Shown here one piece after another: positions 35,145-46,399 of a DNA stretch of 64,000 bases. The notes beneath the pieces were generated by a model that was not told the origin of the DNA, searched no databases, and saw only the letters and a list, made by a program, of their open reading frames with translations. The DNA comes from Podarcis muralis (lineage: Eukaryota). The DNA is taken from positions 6,634,001 through 6,698,000 of the forward strand of contig NC_135670.1 of assembly GCF_964188315.1 (NCBI RefSeq), given 5' to 3'. Both the position numbers and the translations under genes were made by a program. Each line of letters opens with the position of its first letter. Within the stretch, counting starts at the first letter, position 1.

Positions 35145-35389
35145 CAGTGGTACCTCGGGTTAAGTACTTAATTCGTTCCGGAGGTCCGTTCTTAACCTGA
35201 AACTGTTCTTAACCTGAAGCACCACTTTAGCTAATGGGGCCTCCTGCTGCTGCTGCCGCACCACCGGAGCACAATTTCTGTTCTCATCCTGAAGCAAAGT
35301 TCTTAACCTGAAGCACTATTCTTGGGTTAGCGGAGTCTGTAACCTGAAGCATATGTAATCTGAAGCGTATGTAACCCAAGGTGCCACTG
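35145..35389. mobile_element. Tigger-like MITE
   Basis: cagtggtacctc TIRs, TA TSD. Confidence 0.85.
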
Positions 35390-35524
35390 TATTCAGTTTT
35401 CCCTCATCTACACATTACTGCAGTGCAATTCTCTTTAATATCATACATTGTTGTGCCTTCTTTTCTTTAAGATATGCATTTGTAGGCACAGCTTACTCCA
35501 ATGTATTCATTTTGCTACCCATTA

Positions 35525-35753
35525 CAGTGCTACCTTGATTCTCGAATGACTTAGATGTCAAACAAATCAGCTCCCGAACCCCGAAAACCTGGAAGTAAGT
35601 GTTCCGGTTTTTGAATGTTTTTTGAAAGCCAAATGCCTGACACAATTTCCCCTTGACCGCAGGAAGCTCCTGCAGCCAATCGGAAGCCGCCCCTTGGTTT
35701 CCCAATGGTTTCAGGAGTCAAACGGATTAAGTTTGAGACCCAAGATTCCACTG
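35525..35753. mobile_element. Tigger-like MITE related to 195-418
   Basis: cagtgctaccttg / caagattccactg TIRs, TA flanks. Confidence 0.65.
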
Positions 35754-37976
35754 TACTTGGATAACTGCCCTGGGAAATGCAGACAGCTACAGATTTTGTA
35801 GCACAGCAATGTTTCAGTTTGCACATTGTTTCAAAAAAAGCTGAATAAATTTTATTTTTCTTTAAGGGTCAATTGAATTGAATTTCTCTCCTATTCCTAA
35901 ACTCACCTGCCTCTGTCACTGAAAAAACATTCCTGTTTCTACTTAAACTTACTCTACTTACTCTACTCTACTTACTCTACTTACTCTACTTGGTCCTTGT
36001 TCCCTACTGTCATGGTAGTGTATATGGTTCTGACAAGATATCACTGCACTCCCATCAGCTCCAGCCAGCATGGCCAATAGTCAGAAATTACGTGAGTGAA
36101 ATCCACAAAAACTAGGGGGAATCCTGTTGGCTACCTCTGCCCTGCTTAAATTAAGCCTAAAGCAAATACATCCAATCCAGGAATGGGGAATCTGTGGAAC
36201 CTCCTCTATTGCTGAGGTTCATATCCAAGGAAAAGTGTGCACAGTTCCCTATTCAGACCCGCTTCTTCTCATTTTGTAACAATGCCAGAGGCTGAGCTAT
36301 AAATGGCCAATAGCTATGATAGCAGTGTTTGAAATTCACCAGGTGCCAGGCTCATTTTGCACCTGGCTATTGGCCACTTGCGACCGAGTGCAGATGCCCA
36401 GGCACGAGGATGGTGCCTGATGTCTCCACCATCTGGAGGTGCATGACTGGGGATCCTTGGCTCTTGGCTGTTTTCATACACTAGCAGCACATCCTGTAGA
36501 ATTCTGTTATATTTTATCTGCACAATCAGAATGAACTTCATTCTGTTCTCAATGACCGACTTCAGGAACCAAAAGGTTGTATTAAAAAATACAACTTTTG
36601 AGCCCTCTGGCCCCAAAATGGCAACTAGGCATTCCGTTTTGGCAACTATAACCCTGGTTTAAGGAGCCATAGGTCACCTAGCTTATATACCTGAGCTTCC
36701 AACACTGTATGTATGTTCTATTTCCACTATCAGAGACTGTAAGCCTCTGAATACCAGTTGTGGGGAATCTCAGGTTGTGACTGTGCTGTTGCATTCAGAT
36801 CTTGTTTGCAGACTTCCCATTAGGAGATCTGGTTGGCCACTGGGAGAATAGGATGCTGGGCTTAATGGGTCACCTTTAGCCTGATCCAGGAGGATTCTTT
36901 TTTAGAACTACATAAATTCTTGGAGAATGAGGGTATCAATGGTCACGAGCCATGATGACTATGTTCTATAGTCAGCACGCTTTTGTATACCTATTGCTGG
37001 AAATCACTGCTGTTGGATTCAGGCCATGATGGTGAGCTTTCCATAGACATGTGTGATAACAGAATGCTGAATTAGATGGGCCTTTGGTCTGATCCAGTCG
37101 ACCATTTTTATGTCCTTAAATCCCTGGTTCTTCGAAAACAGCTGGCACTATATGAACCTTTTATTTCTTCAAATATCTTCTTTGAAAAGAATTCCCAAAT
37201 AGTTGTGGAAATTCTCATACGCTTCCTTGCTTTATTGCGTACACTTATCCATACCTCGCTATATGGTACGTTTGCATCATTGAAGACTGGAAGAGCCTTG
37301 TTCTCAATGACCAACCAGATGTCTATGGGAAGCCCAGCAAGCACAAACTGAGCATAACAGCAACTCTTCCCCCCCAAAAAAATATTCTCGATTATAATGC
37401 ATTTTTTGTATGTTATTTTCACTTAGTACAATATATGTCCATTCTTATGCACAATTTTGTACACATCAACTGGCTGCAGAACTGCATGAAATATTCGTGT
37501 AAGTGTGGATTTCATAGGAGTACACTGCTTCAGAAAACGCAACCTGGATCATTTCAGAAAACGCAACCTGGATCAAATTTCTCCCCCAATCTTACCTCCA
37601 ACAGTGGAGGTTAAACATAAACAAAACCTGCTATGTGTTGTGCACAGAATGACTAACTAAAATCCTGGGTATTAAAGTCAATTAGACTTCTGAGAAAATC
37701 AACAACTATTTTGAAAATAATGAACGGGGACAAAACACCTTTTGATCTGCCTGCCAGGAGGAACAGACAAAAATTTTTATTTTTCTTAATCTTTTATTAA
37801 CTTTGTCTTGTGGAAGAATAACTATGAAGAGAGTGGGGTGCTGTGAAAACACTTTTGCCTCGTTTCTTAATTAGGGCCATGATGCATTCCAAAAATTGCT
37901 TACTAATTAAAGCCGGAGGGGAAAGGAGGTGTATCCAAGCTGGATGTGGAGCCACCAGCAGATACAGATGAAATGG

Positions 37977-38063
37977 TATAAAAGGGCTCCCTGAGCTGAG
38001 ATCTTCCAACAGCTTCCTTTGGCTTCATCTCCTTCACTTCATTTCTACTCCTCTGAGACTTTG
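37977..38063 (+). promoter_or_regulatory. TATA box and non-coding exon 1 of A3
   Basis: tataaaa 37977-37983, donor GT 38064-38065, acceptor 38903-38904. Confidence 0.75.
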
Positions 38064-38922
38064 GTAAGTCAAGTGTATGCATATATGATGTTATATCTGA
38101 ATGATTCTTGCAGTGGTCAGAGCGTTCAGGTAACTGAACTCCAAGAGAAGGCTAAAATTCTATTACTCTGTGAATTGGGTAGATCTTCCTTCCACCAGGA
38201 ACCTTACACTCTTAAGTTGTTGGCTGTCTTCTTTTCTATATGTACCTTATGAAATCAAATATTTAGCTGCCTGATTCTGAGCGTTAGTCCATCTAGCTCA
38301 GTTTTGGCCACACTGATCAGCTGTAGTTCTCCAGAGTTTCAAGAAGGGAATCTTTAGCAACTCAATCTGCAGATTCCAAGGACCAAACCTGGGATGTTCT
38401 GAATGAAAACCACGTGTTCGGCCACTGAACAATTGTCCTCCCCCTAAAATTATAGTAAGGTACTAATCTTCATGGTTCCAAATAAATACCTGACTCAAAT
38501 GAGCATAGGGAGTTGTCCTGTACCATGACAGACCATTGGAATCCCTAGTTCAGTTTTACCTACTCAGATTGGCCGTTGTTCTACAGGCCTTGAAGCAGGG
38601 GACATTCCTAGACTATCCTGAAATTATCAGGGATTGGATTTGGGATCCACAACGAAGAGAAGGGCTGTAGTAACAAAAGCAGAGAAGAATAAAGGTTTCA
38701 GGCATAAGGGCTTAATGTTTTCAGAATTATCAAAGACAGCTGATTTTCAGTGATGGAGAAAGGAAAATGGTTTGAGTTTAGTGAACTGGGAATGGGTAAA
38801 ATATCCTACTGCCACAGGATGATTATGTCTGAAATATTCTCCCCACTGTCCATTGAAGTGATGTACCCCACACTTATTTTGTCCCTTGGTGTTTTTGGTT
38901 TCAGACTCACCTCCACCCAACA

Positions 38923-39426
38923 ATGGTTGACTGTGGTCCATCCTGTGCTGTCCCATCCTGTGCTTCCACCCCCACTGTTGGGTTTGGCTCAGCAGGAGGT
39001 CTTGGCTATGGTGGTCTCGGCCATGGATTGGGAGGTCTCGGCTACGGTTTTGGAGGACTCGGCTATGGATATGGAGGCCTGGGCTATGGAAATGGAGGTG
39101 CTGAAAGAGCAGCCAACCTTGGCATCCTAGATGGGATTATCCCTAAACCCATCAACCAGATCCCACCAGCAGAGGTCGTGGTCCAGCCACCTGCCTGCGT
39201 TGTGACCATCCCAGGGCCCATCCTCTCTGCCAGCTGTGAGCCTGTGGCTGTTGGAGGCAACACTCCATGTGCCGTTGGTGGTTCCGGGATCGTAGGAGGC
39301 TTTGGGGGCTTGGGCTATGGGTCTGGTCTCCTTGGAAGCTCTGGGGGCTTCGGCTATGGTTTGGGTTACGGGAGGGGAGCACTCCTTGGAAGGAAGTTCG
39401 GGCGCCGTTTTAGCATCTGTTCATAG
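38923..39426 (+). CDS. Gly/Tyr-rich corneous beta-protein A3, 167 aa
   Basis: CBP core preceded by GILDGIIPKP, as in B2. Confidence 0.95.
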   Translation: MVDCGPSCAVPSCASTPTVGFGSAGGLGYGGLGHGLGGLGYGFGGLGYGYGGLGYGNGGAERAANLGILDGIIPKPINQIPPAEVVVQPPACVVTIPGPILSASCEPVAVGGNTPCAVGGSGIVGGFGGLGYGSGLLGSSGGFGYGLGYGRGALLGRKFGRRFSICS

Positions 39427-39631
39427 ACCAATTAAACCTGAGAAGCATATCCTGAACTGATAATCAGAGGGCTTGATACAGATCTATCGGCCATGGTTCA
39501 GAAAAGCTGAACTCAAGCAATCGCTCCTGGAATTCATCCTCCGTTCTTTGCTTCAGAGTGCAGAAGAAAAAAGATCCTTCTTCACCGATTTTCTTCTTTG
39601 CCCCTTTCAATGCTCTTACTTTGACCTTTTC

Positions 39632-39637
39632 AATAAA
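39632..39637 (+). terminator. Poly(A) signal of A3
   Basis: AATAAA in conserved context. Confidence 0.8.
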
Positions 39638-41110
39638 GCTTGTTCTGCATTCTAATAACCTGTTTGTCCTGGTTTTTAAATGTAAAGCCTCAGTTCCGCA
39701 TAGCAAGGTGTCCAGGGCCTCAGCTGTCTGAAGCAGTTTTTGGCCAAACTAAAATTGGAACATTTGCAGGACATCTTTCTCTCTGTCCCCCTGAATGTTA
39801 TAGTTCTTTGTGGTTAAAATAAGGTCCATTCGCCTTGAGAGAATTATCATTTCCCCCTTTTTCAAAACAAGTGCTGGGTCCCCTTTTAGAGCGCCTCAAA
39901 CCATTAATTATTCAGAGAAGCAACAGTCATAATAGCTAGGTAATCTTTTGTAGTTTTGCAACATTTGCATACATACACAGTGTGGAATGTATTGTGGAAT
40001 GCAGCTTTTGTAATCGATATGTTACAAGACTTTGGACAATAACATATTTTTGGTGGGTGATAATGTAGTCAAATGCTGCAGGATTATCCAGCCTCTCAGT
40101 CAGATACTGTATTTTGATAACAGTTTTAAATTATTGCATACACGAGTTAAAGAAATATATTAAGCACATTTAAACCTTGACTTCATTTTTTGATCTGTAA
40201 TCAGCATTTAAAGCCATCCAAACTAGTGGCAATCACCACATCTTCTGGTACTGAATCTAGAAGTTTATGCATTTTGTGAAGAACTATATCCTTTTGTTTC
40301 CACTGAATTCTGCAAGATGCTGGTCCCCTGCATGACCCCTGCTTCTAGCAATATGAGAAAGGGAGGAAAAAGTCTCTCTATACATGTTCTCGAATTCTGA
40401 GAGACAGAAATCCTCAGAATGTCCACGAGGTGGTTGTGTTAGCAGACCAATAAGCCTTGAAGAGGAGGAGAGAGGCAAGCAAACTGCACAGAGAAAGGTG
40501 CGAAGTCAAGTCAGTAGCACCTAGTGCCCCAGCTCCCCAGTTAAAATGGCAAAAGCTGTAGACATCTTGCCCTAATAATAATAATAATAATAATTTTTAT
40601 TTATACCGAACTCTCCCCGGCCAGAGCCTGGCTCAGGACAGCTAACACCAGTAAAATTACAGTAAAAACATACCAGAAAAACCCCCGATTTAAAATACAG
40701 GTTAAAATTCAATTTAAAATGCAGCCTCATTTTAAAAGTAGCCCATAGATCAAAACCATAAGGGGAAAGAAACATGAGTCAGACTGAGTCCAAACCAGTC
40801 CAAGCCCTCCCAAAAGGTCAAACTCTGTAAAATGAGGTTTGAGAAAGCCGCAAGCTTTGACACCGAGTTAATGGAGGAAGTTTTAATGAATAACAACACA
40901 CATTGGGCATCTCTAGACACAGGTACAGGAATCGCTTTATTAAGAGAAGATCTAAATACTTCCACAAATATGTTTCCTCACGAAACAGCAAAAGTCACAG
41001 ACCGCATCCAGATTAGCTCCCAGTGTCTGAGGCAAAGATTTACTGGAGAGGGAAAGATGAGCCAAAATTCTTAGGCAGAATATACTGGGAGCCGGAGAGA
41101 ATGGTTGACT

Positions 41111-41263
41111 GGTTCTGGGCTGGTAGGAGGCTATGGCTATGGGTCTGGTCTCCTTGGAAGCAACTTCGGTGGCTACCTTGGAGGTTCCCTTTATGGCCTG
41201 AGGAGGGGTGGGCTCTTTGGAAGGAAGGCCCTGCTGGGACGTCGTGGTAGTGTGTGCTATTAG
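41111..41263 (+). pseudogene. Stranded 50-codon C-terminal CBP half with own 3' UTR and AATAAA (41560-41565)
   Basis: Open frame GSGLVGGYGYGSGLLGSNFGGYLGGSLYGLRRGGLFGRKALLGRRGSVCY*; no core box or in-frame start immediately upstream. Confidence 0.85.
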
Positions 41264-42681
41264 ATATATTGGACTCTTGAAGAACAAATGTGTGATGATG
41301 ACAGGAATGACCCTCAACGGAAAAAGACGATGGAGATCCATTACTGAGTGTCTCATTCTGAATTCTGAAAAATCTGAGCTTTTGGGACCATCATCAAGCC
41401 CAACAGCTTTTAAATGGCTCTCAGCAACCTTTCCTTACTCCTTTTCAAGTCTTTCCTCAAAGTCTGTAGACCAGTAATAAGTTCAGAGCCACGTTCCATT
41501 GTGTGTGCTTTTTCCTTGTTCATTTCTGCTTCTTGTACAATTCCCCCCTCAATATTTTCAATAAAGCTCATGCTGAATTCAAATATGTCTCTCTTTCTTG
41601 GTTTGTTACCTGCTCTTATTTCTCAAAAGGAAATGGGGGGGGGGGAGAGTGTATTCTCTCACGCTGGAACAGTTTTGGAGTATTTTGTCCTAGGGAGTTC
41701 CTGAGCTAACAGAGAACCGAAGGGAGGACATACTAGGCTCATAAGTTAGTGGAAGAATGGGAAACTGCATGAATTCAATATTTATCGCATTTGTATCCTA
41801 CCCTTTCTTCAGGGAGCTCAAGGTAGAACATATAGTCCTCCTCCTCCCCATCTTATCCTCACAACAATCCTATGAATTTTGTTAGGCTGAGAGTGAGTTG
41901 ACTGGCACAAGCTCACCCAGTGACCTTCATGGCCAAGTGGGGCTTTGAACTCTATTTCCCCAGGTCTTAGTCCAACATTCTAACCACTACACAACACTGG
42001 CTCCTTGGGCTTCCCAAATGTTCCTAAGGTACAACTCCAACCATCCCTGGCCACTGGTTGTACTTTGTTTTGGACCTAATATTTCTTAAAGTCTAACAGG
42101 AACCAAGTTAAATCTTCTTTGGGGTGGAAGGCGGATGCTCTCTGTGCAACCTGTCCAAAGAGAGATCCTTACTGTTGACTTAGGAGCATCCCTTCATTAT
42201 TGAGGAGTTGGAGGATAGGTATATAGGAAGCTGCTTTACACTGAATCACACTGTTGGGTCCATCTAGATCAGTGCTGTCTTTAGTGTCCGGCAGTGGTTT
42301 TCTGAGCTCGACTTGGAGATGCCAGGGAGTGCCTTCTGCATGCAAAGCAGGTGCTCTACCATGGCAACATGGTCCTTCCTGTAGAAGTAAAACAGAATCC
42401 CAGTCCTTATGATTCTGAATAAAAGGCTGGTTTAAGTAGGGGCATCAGGAGCTACTTCATATGGAGTGAGACCGTTGGTTCATACAGCTCTGTATTGTCT
42501 ATGCTGACTGTCAGTAGCTATCCAGGGTTTCCGATAGGGGTCTTTCCCAGCCCTGGTTGGAGATGCAATGGATTGAAACTTGGATATTCTGCATGCAAAG
42601 CAGGTACTCTGCAACTGATATGTGGCTCTGTGAAATCTTAGTCAAAGACAAGTGGAACAAGGGGTCTTCCTCAGTGCTCAC

Positions 42682-43585
42682 GTCTCAGGGTTCGTGCTGA
42701 GGAGGGCTGCACTGAGGAGCAATGGCCGGAGTCTCCCCCTCCCCCTGCTCCTGAATCTTCCCAGGAGCAGTGGGACAGTATATGTCAGGAGCATAGCCGA
42801 GCCAAGAGATGAAGGAGATGGAAGAGAAACAGGGTGTGACTCTCAACATGAAAGACTGCAATTAGAGCAGGAGGAAGTGGGCTCGGCCCCCTTTCTCCAA
42901 GTGTTCACTGAGTTAGTTAGAGCAGACACAGAAAGCTCACAAGACGAGGGAGGGGAAGAGATAGACAGCACTGGAGGGGTTGTTGTTTTTATTGTTGTTT
43001 AGTCGTTTAGTCGTGTCCGACTCTTCGTGACCCCATGGACCAGAGCACGCCAGGCACTTCTGTCTTCCACTGCCTCCCACAGTTTGGACAAACTCATGCT
43101 GGTATCTTCGAGAACACTGTCCCACCATCTCGTCCTCCGTCGTCCCCTTCTCCTTGTGCCCTCCATCTTTCCCAACATCAGGGTCTTTTCCAGGGAGTCT
43201 TCTCTTCTCCTGAGGTGGCCAAAGTCTTGGAGCCTCAGCTTCACGATCTGTCCTTCCAGTGAGCACTCAGGCCTGATTTCCTTAAGAATGGATAGGTTTG
43301 ATCTTCTTGCAGTCCATGGGACTCTCAAGAGTCTCCTCCAGCACCATAGTTCAAAAGCATCAATTCTTCGGCGATCAGCCTTCTTTATGGTCCAGCTCTC
43401 ACTTCCATACATCACTAAGGGGTTACTAAGCAACAATCAGATAGGCAGAGGACTGAGCGCTCATCCTTGGACAGTGTAGATTTCCCCCCTTCCCTCTGCT
43501 CACGTCCAAAGTGCTGAAAAGGTCAGATTGCAACAGTAGTGCAAAAGGGGAAAGGTGGGACGTTGGCATTTTTCCTGTTGTGACA
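42682..43585 (+). mobile_element. Putative solo LTR interrupted by Bov-B
   Basis: 5' part resembles 63321-63793; ends in tgaca; Bov-B inserted with TSD aggggtt. Confidence 0.4.
42982..43417 (-). mobile_element. Bov-B LINE 3' end
   Basis: Bov-B C-terminal peptide; TSD aggggtt 42975-42981 / 43418-43424. Confidence 0.9.
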
Positions 43586-44161
43586 CAAGTGATTTCTCAG
43601 AATGACCAGCTGATTTCTATGAAGCAGAGGGCTGTAGCCATGCTCTGATTGTATTGTGAATAAATGAAACCATTGAAAACTGCCAGAGACTCGTTAATTC
43701 TTATCTGGGCTTGGAAGCCTGCCTGGAAATCATTATGGTATAGATTTGGAATACAGTGGTTTGCAGAGCGACATAGTTCAGAAGACAGAAGTTGGGAAGA
43801 ACTGGGTGGTGAACAGCTAGGAGGAGGAGAACTGGGGGAGAGAGAGTTAATAGACTCTCTTTCACTGGAAAGCATTCATCTGCTCAGCCCAAGGTCAAGG
43901 AGAGCAGATAAGGTGGCAGCACAGAAAGCAAAGTGCTTGTGAGATCAGGTTGCAAGACATGGATGTGACGTGGATGACAAGGGGGGAAGTGGGTGGAATC
44001 CTTAATTGGGAGCACCTTCATTCCTAGAAATGGATTCTTTGTTCTCTCACTGTGATCATTAAAGTTTCTAACTGGTAAGAGACTCCTTTTGCTTTGTTCT
44101 GCTTATCTACTGCCAAAGGGGGTGGGGAGCCATGTACCTGAAGCCTGACATCACGTAATTT

Positions 44162-44239
44162 GTAATACACAATTTATTGCCACCACTTGGGTCATATTTA
44201 TAAATATGACCCAAGTGGTGGCAGCAAATTGTGTATTAC
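44162..44239. repeat. 78-bp spacerless palindrome
   Basis: 39-bp arms, 2 mismatches, centre ttta|taaa. Confidence 0.95.
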
Positions 44240-44420
44240 TGAGGGTCCTAGGCCATGAAGGGCTTTAAAGGTCAAAACCAGCACCTTAAATCTGACCCTG
44301 TACTCCACCGGGAGCCAGTGCAGCTGGAAAAGCACTGGGTGAATATGCTCCCATGGCAGAGACCCCGTGAGGAGCCTCGCTGCAGCATTCTGAACCCGCT
44401 GGAGTTCCTGAGACAGCTTC
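44240..44420 (-). mobile_element. L2 internal fragment
   Basis: LQRVQNAAARLLTG...VEYRVRFKVLVLTFKALHGLGPS peptide. Confidence 0.8.
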
Positions 44421-45281
44421 AATGGCTGTAATTTGCTCACCTGATGAAGTCTCTCCCCTCAAACTATTGTGTATCTATTTACTGCATTCTTATCCACTCT
44501 TCAGCTAAGACAGTTTGCAGAACAGCTTACTGAGATTATGAAGCCCGTCCCTGCCCTTTGGCTTAAAACTAAAAAGACACAACACAAGTCAAAAGTTGCT
44601 GGCTCCAAGTGAGCTGATGGAGCTCCCGTTTCCTCCCTCCCTGCTCCCTCTGCCACAGCCTGGTAGAATTACAACAGTTAGCTGATAGCTGGCAGAGGAA
44701 GGAACCTGGTGGAGCTGCTCTCTCAAAGGAGCCAACAGAGTGGTTTTGCTTCCCTCCTCTTTCTCTCTGCTCCCTCTCCCGCAGCCTGATGGAATGGCAT
44801 TGGTGGGCTGAAAGCTGACAGAGGGAGGACCCTAATGGAGCTGTCTTCTCAGCAGAGCTGAGGGAGGGGCCCTGCTGCTGTACCCCCACCTCTGCTGAAT
44901 TGGCTGCTGCGAGATAACAAGTGAGGGAAAGGAAATGCCTGATGCAGCTGACACAGGCTCAGCAAACTTTTCTGCAGGGGGCCGGTCCACTGTCCCTCAG
45001 ACCTTTTGGGGGCCGGACTATATTTTGAAAAAATTAATAATGAATCAATTCCTATGCCCCACAAATAACCCAGAGATGCATTTTAAATAAAAGGACACAT
45101 TCTATTCATGTAAAAACATGCTGATTTCCAAAGCTTAATCCGACTGCCTGTCTGTCTGTCTGTGGTTACATCCTCCTCACCCTGGAGGCTGCTTGCCTGC
45201 TTTGTTGCCACATTCTTCCTCCTTGGCATCTGATGCTGCTGAGGCTGAAACAGCAGTATTGGCAAGAGGTATGCAGCAGAG

Positions 45282-45560
45282 CAAAGGTCCGTATAGTAAA
45301 AGCCATCCACCCTAGACAGCATCTTAAAAAGCAGAGACATCACCTTGCCAACAAGGGTCCGTATAGTTAAAGCTATGGTTTTCCCAGTAGGGATGTATGG
45401 AATTGAGAGCTGGACCATAAAGAAGGCTGATCGCTGAAGAATTGATGCCTTTGAATTCTGGTGCTGGAGGAGACTCTTGAGAGTCCCATGGACTGCAAGA
45501 AGATCAAACCTCTCCATTCTGAAGGAAATCAGCCCTGAGTGCTCACTGGAAGGAAAGATC
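45282..45560 (+). mobile_element. Bov-B internal fragment
   Basis: gagagctggaccataaagaaggctgatc Bov-B sequence, truncated at both ends. Confidence 0.8.
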
Positions 45561-45859
45561 GTTGGATGCCATAAACAAAGCTTTACAGCCTGTTTCCACC
45601 AGATAAGAATCTGATACGTTGCTTCTTTCAGAGACTTGCATAGTCTTCATAGACTTTCAGAGACTTACATTTATTTGGTTTTATGTTTTCAAGAGTGCAT
45701 ATTTTGTGACTTTCGGAGATTCATAAATTTCCTGTTTATGTGTTTTCATATATTTCATATTATATAAAGAGTGTATATTGATATTGTATCATTGTATTTG
45801 GTCATTGTGTTGCCTTGGATATTACTAGCTATTCCTCAGCAGCTTCCACAGCCCTTGCA

Positions 45860-46085
45860 CACGAGTACCTCGGGTTAAGAACTTAATTCGTTCTGGAGGT
45901 CCATTCTTAACCGGAAACTGTTCTTAACCCGAGGTACCACTTTAGCTAATGGGGCCTCCTGCTGCCACTGCACCGCCACCGCGCAATTTCTGTTCTCTTC
46001 CTGAAGCAAAGTTCTTAACCCGAGGTACTATTTCTGGGTTAGCGGAGTCTGTGACCTGAAGCGTCTGTAACCCGAGGTACCACTG
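45860..46085. mobile_element. Tigger-like MITE
   Basis: Same family as 8155-8396; right TIR intact. Confidence 0.8.
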
Positions 46086-46399
46086 TACTCACTTTTCTGC
46101 CTGCCTGTGCCATCTGCCTGCTGCTCTGTCATCATGTTGCAGTTGCCACCTATTGGCACCAATGAGAACTACACCATGACAACATTTTTCCCCCATACAG
46201 AAATATAGTAGAGAGGGAAAGAGGCAGGGGGTAACCTTTGGCTCGTATTTAATCTGGGATTGTAAAAAGACCTTCCACAACTTGTCCATTCTCACAATAT
46301 GTAAGAGTTGTAGCAGGGTGAAGATACAAGCAGTCATTGTTAGCATGAGAATTGGAGTGTTAGCAGTGTGGCTTTGTTTTAATATGAGAATTATTGAAA

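Larger units (their letters stand above)
38851..41106 (+). repeat. Right arm of long inverted repeat (A3 CDS plus B-type 3' UTR and flank)
   Basis: Reverse complement of 30957-33375 except for one ~200-bp L2 segment. Confidence 0.9.

Noticed and set aside
37529-37575. 24-bp tandem duplication; similar short duplications near 2790, 25578, 35950 and 61610
   Set aside because: Ordinary slippage-scale duplications without further structure.
41101-41110. atggttgact, identical to the CBP start codons, just before the stranded tail
   Set aside because: It is out of frame with the tail, lacks the upstream acceptor and 5' UTR, and overlaps the end of the inverted-repeat arm (gagaa-ggtt); probably coincidental.
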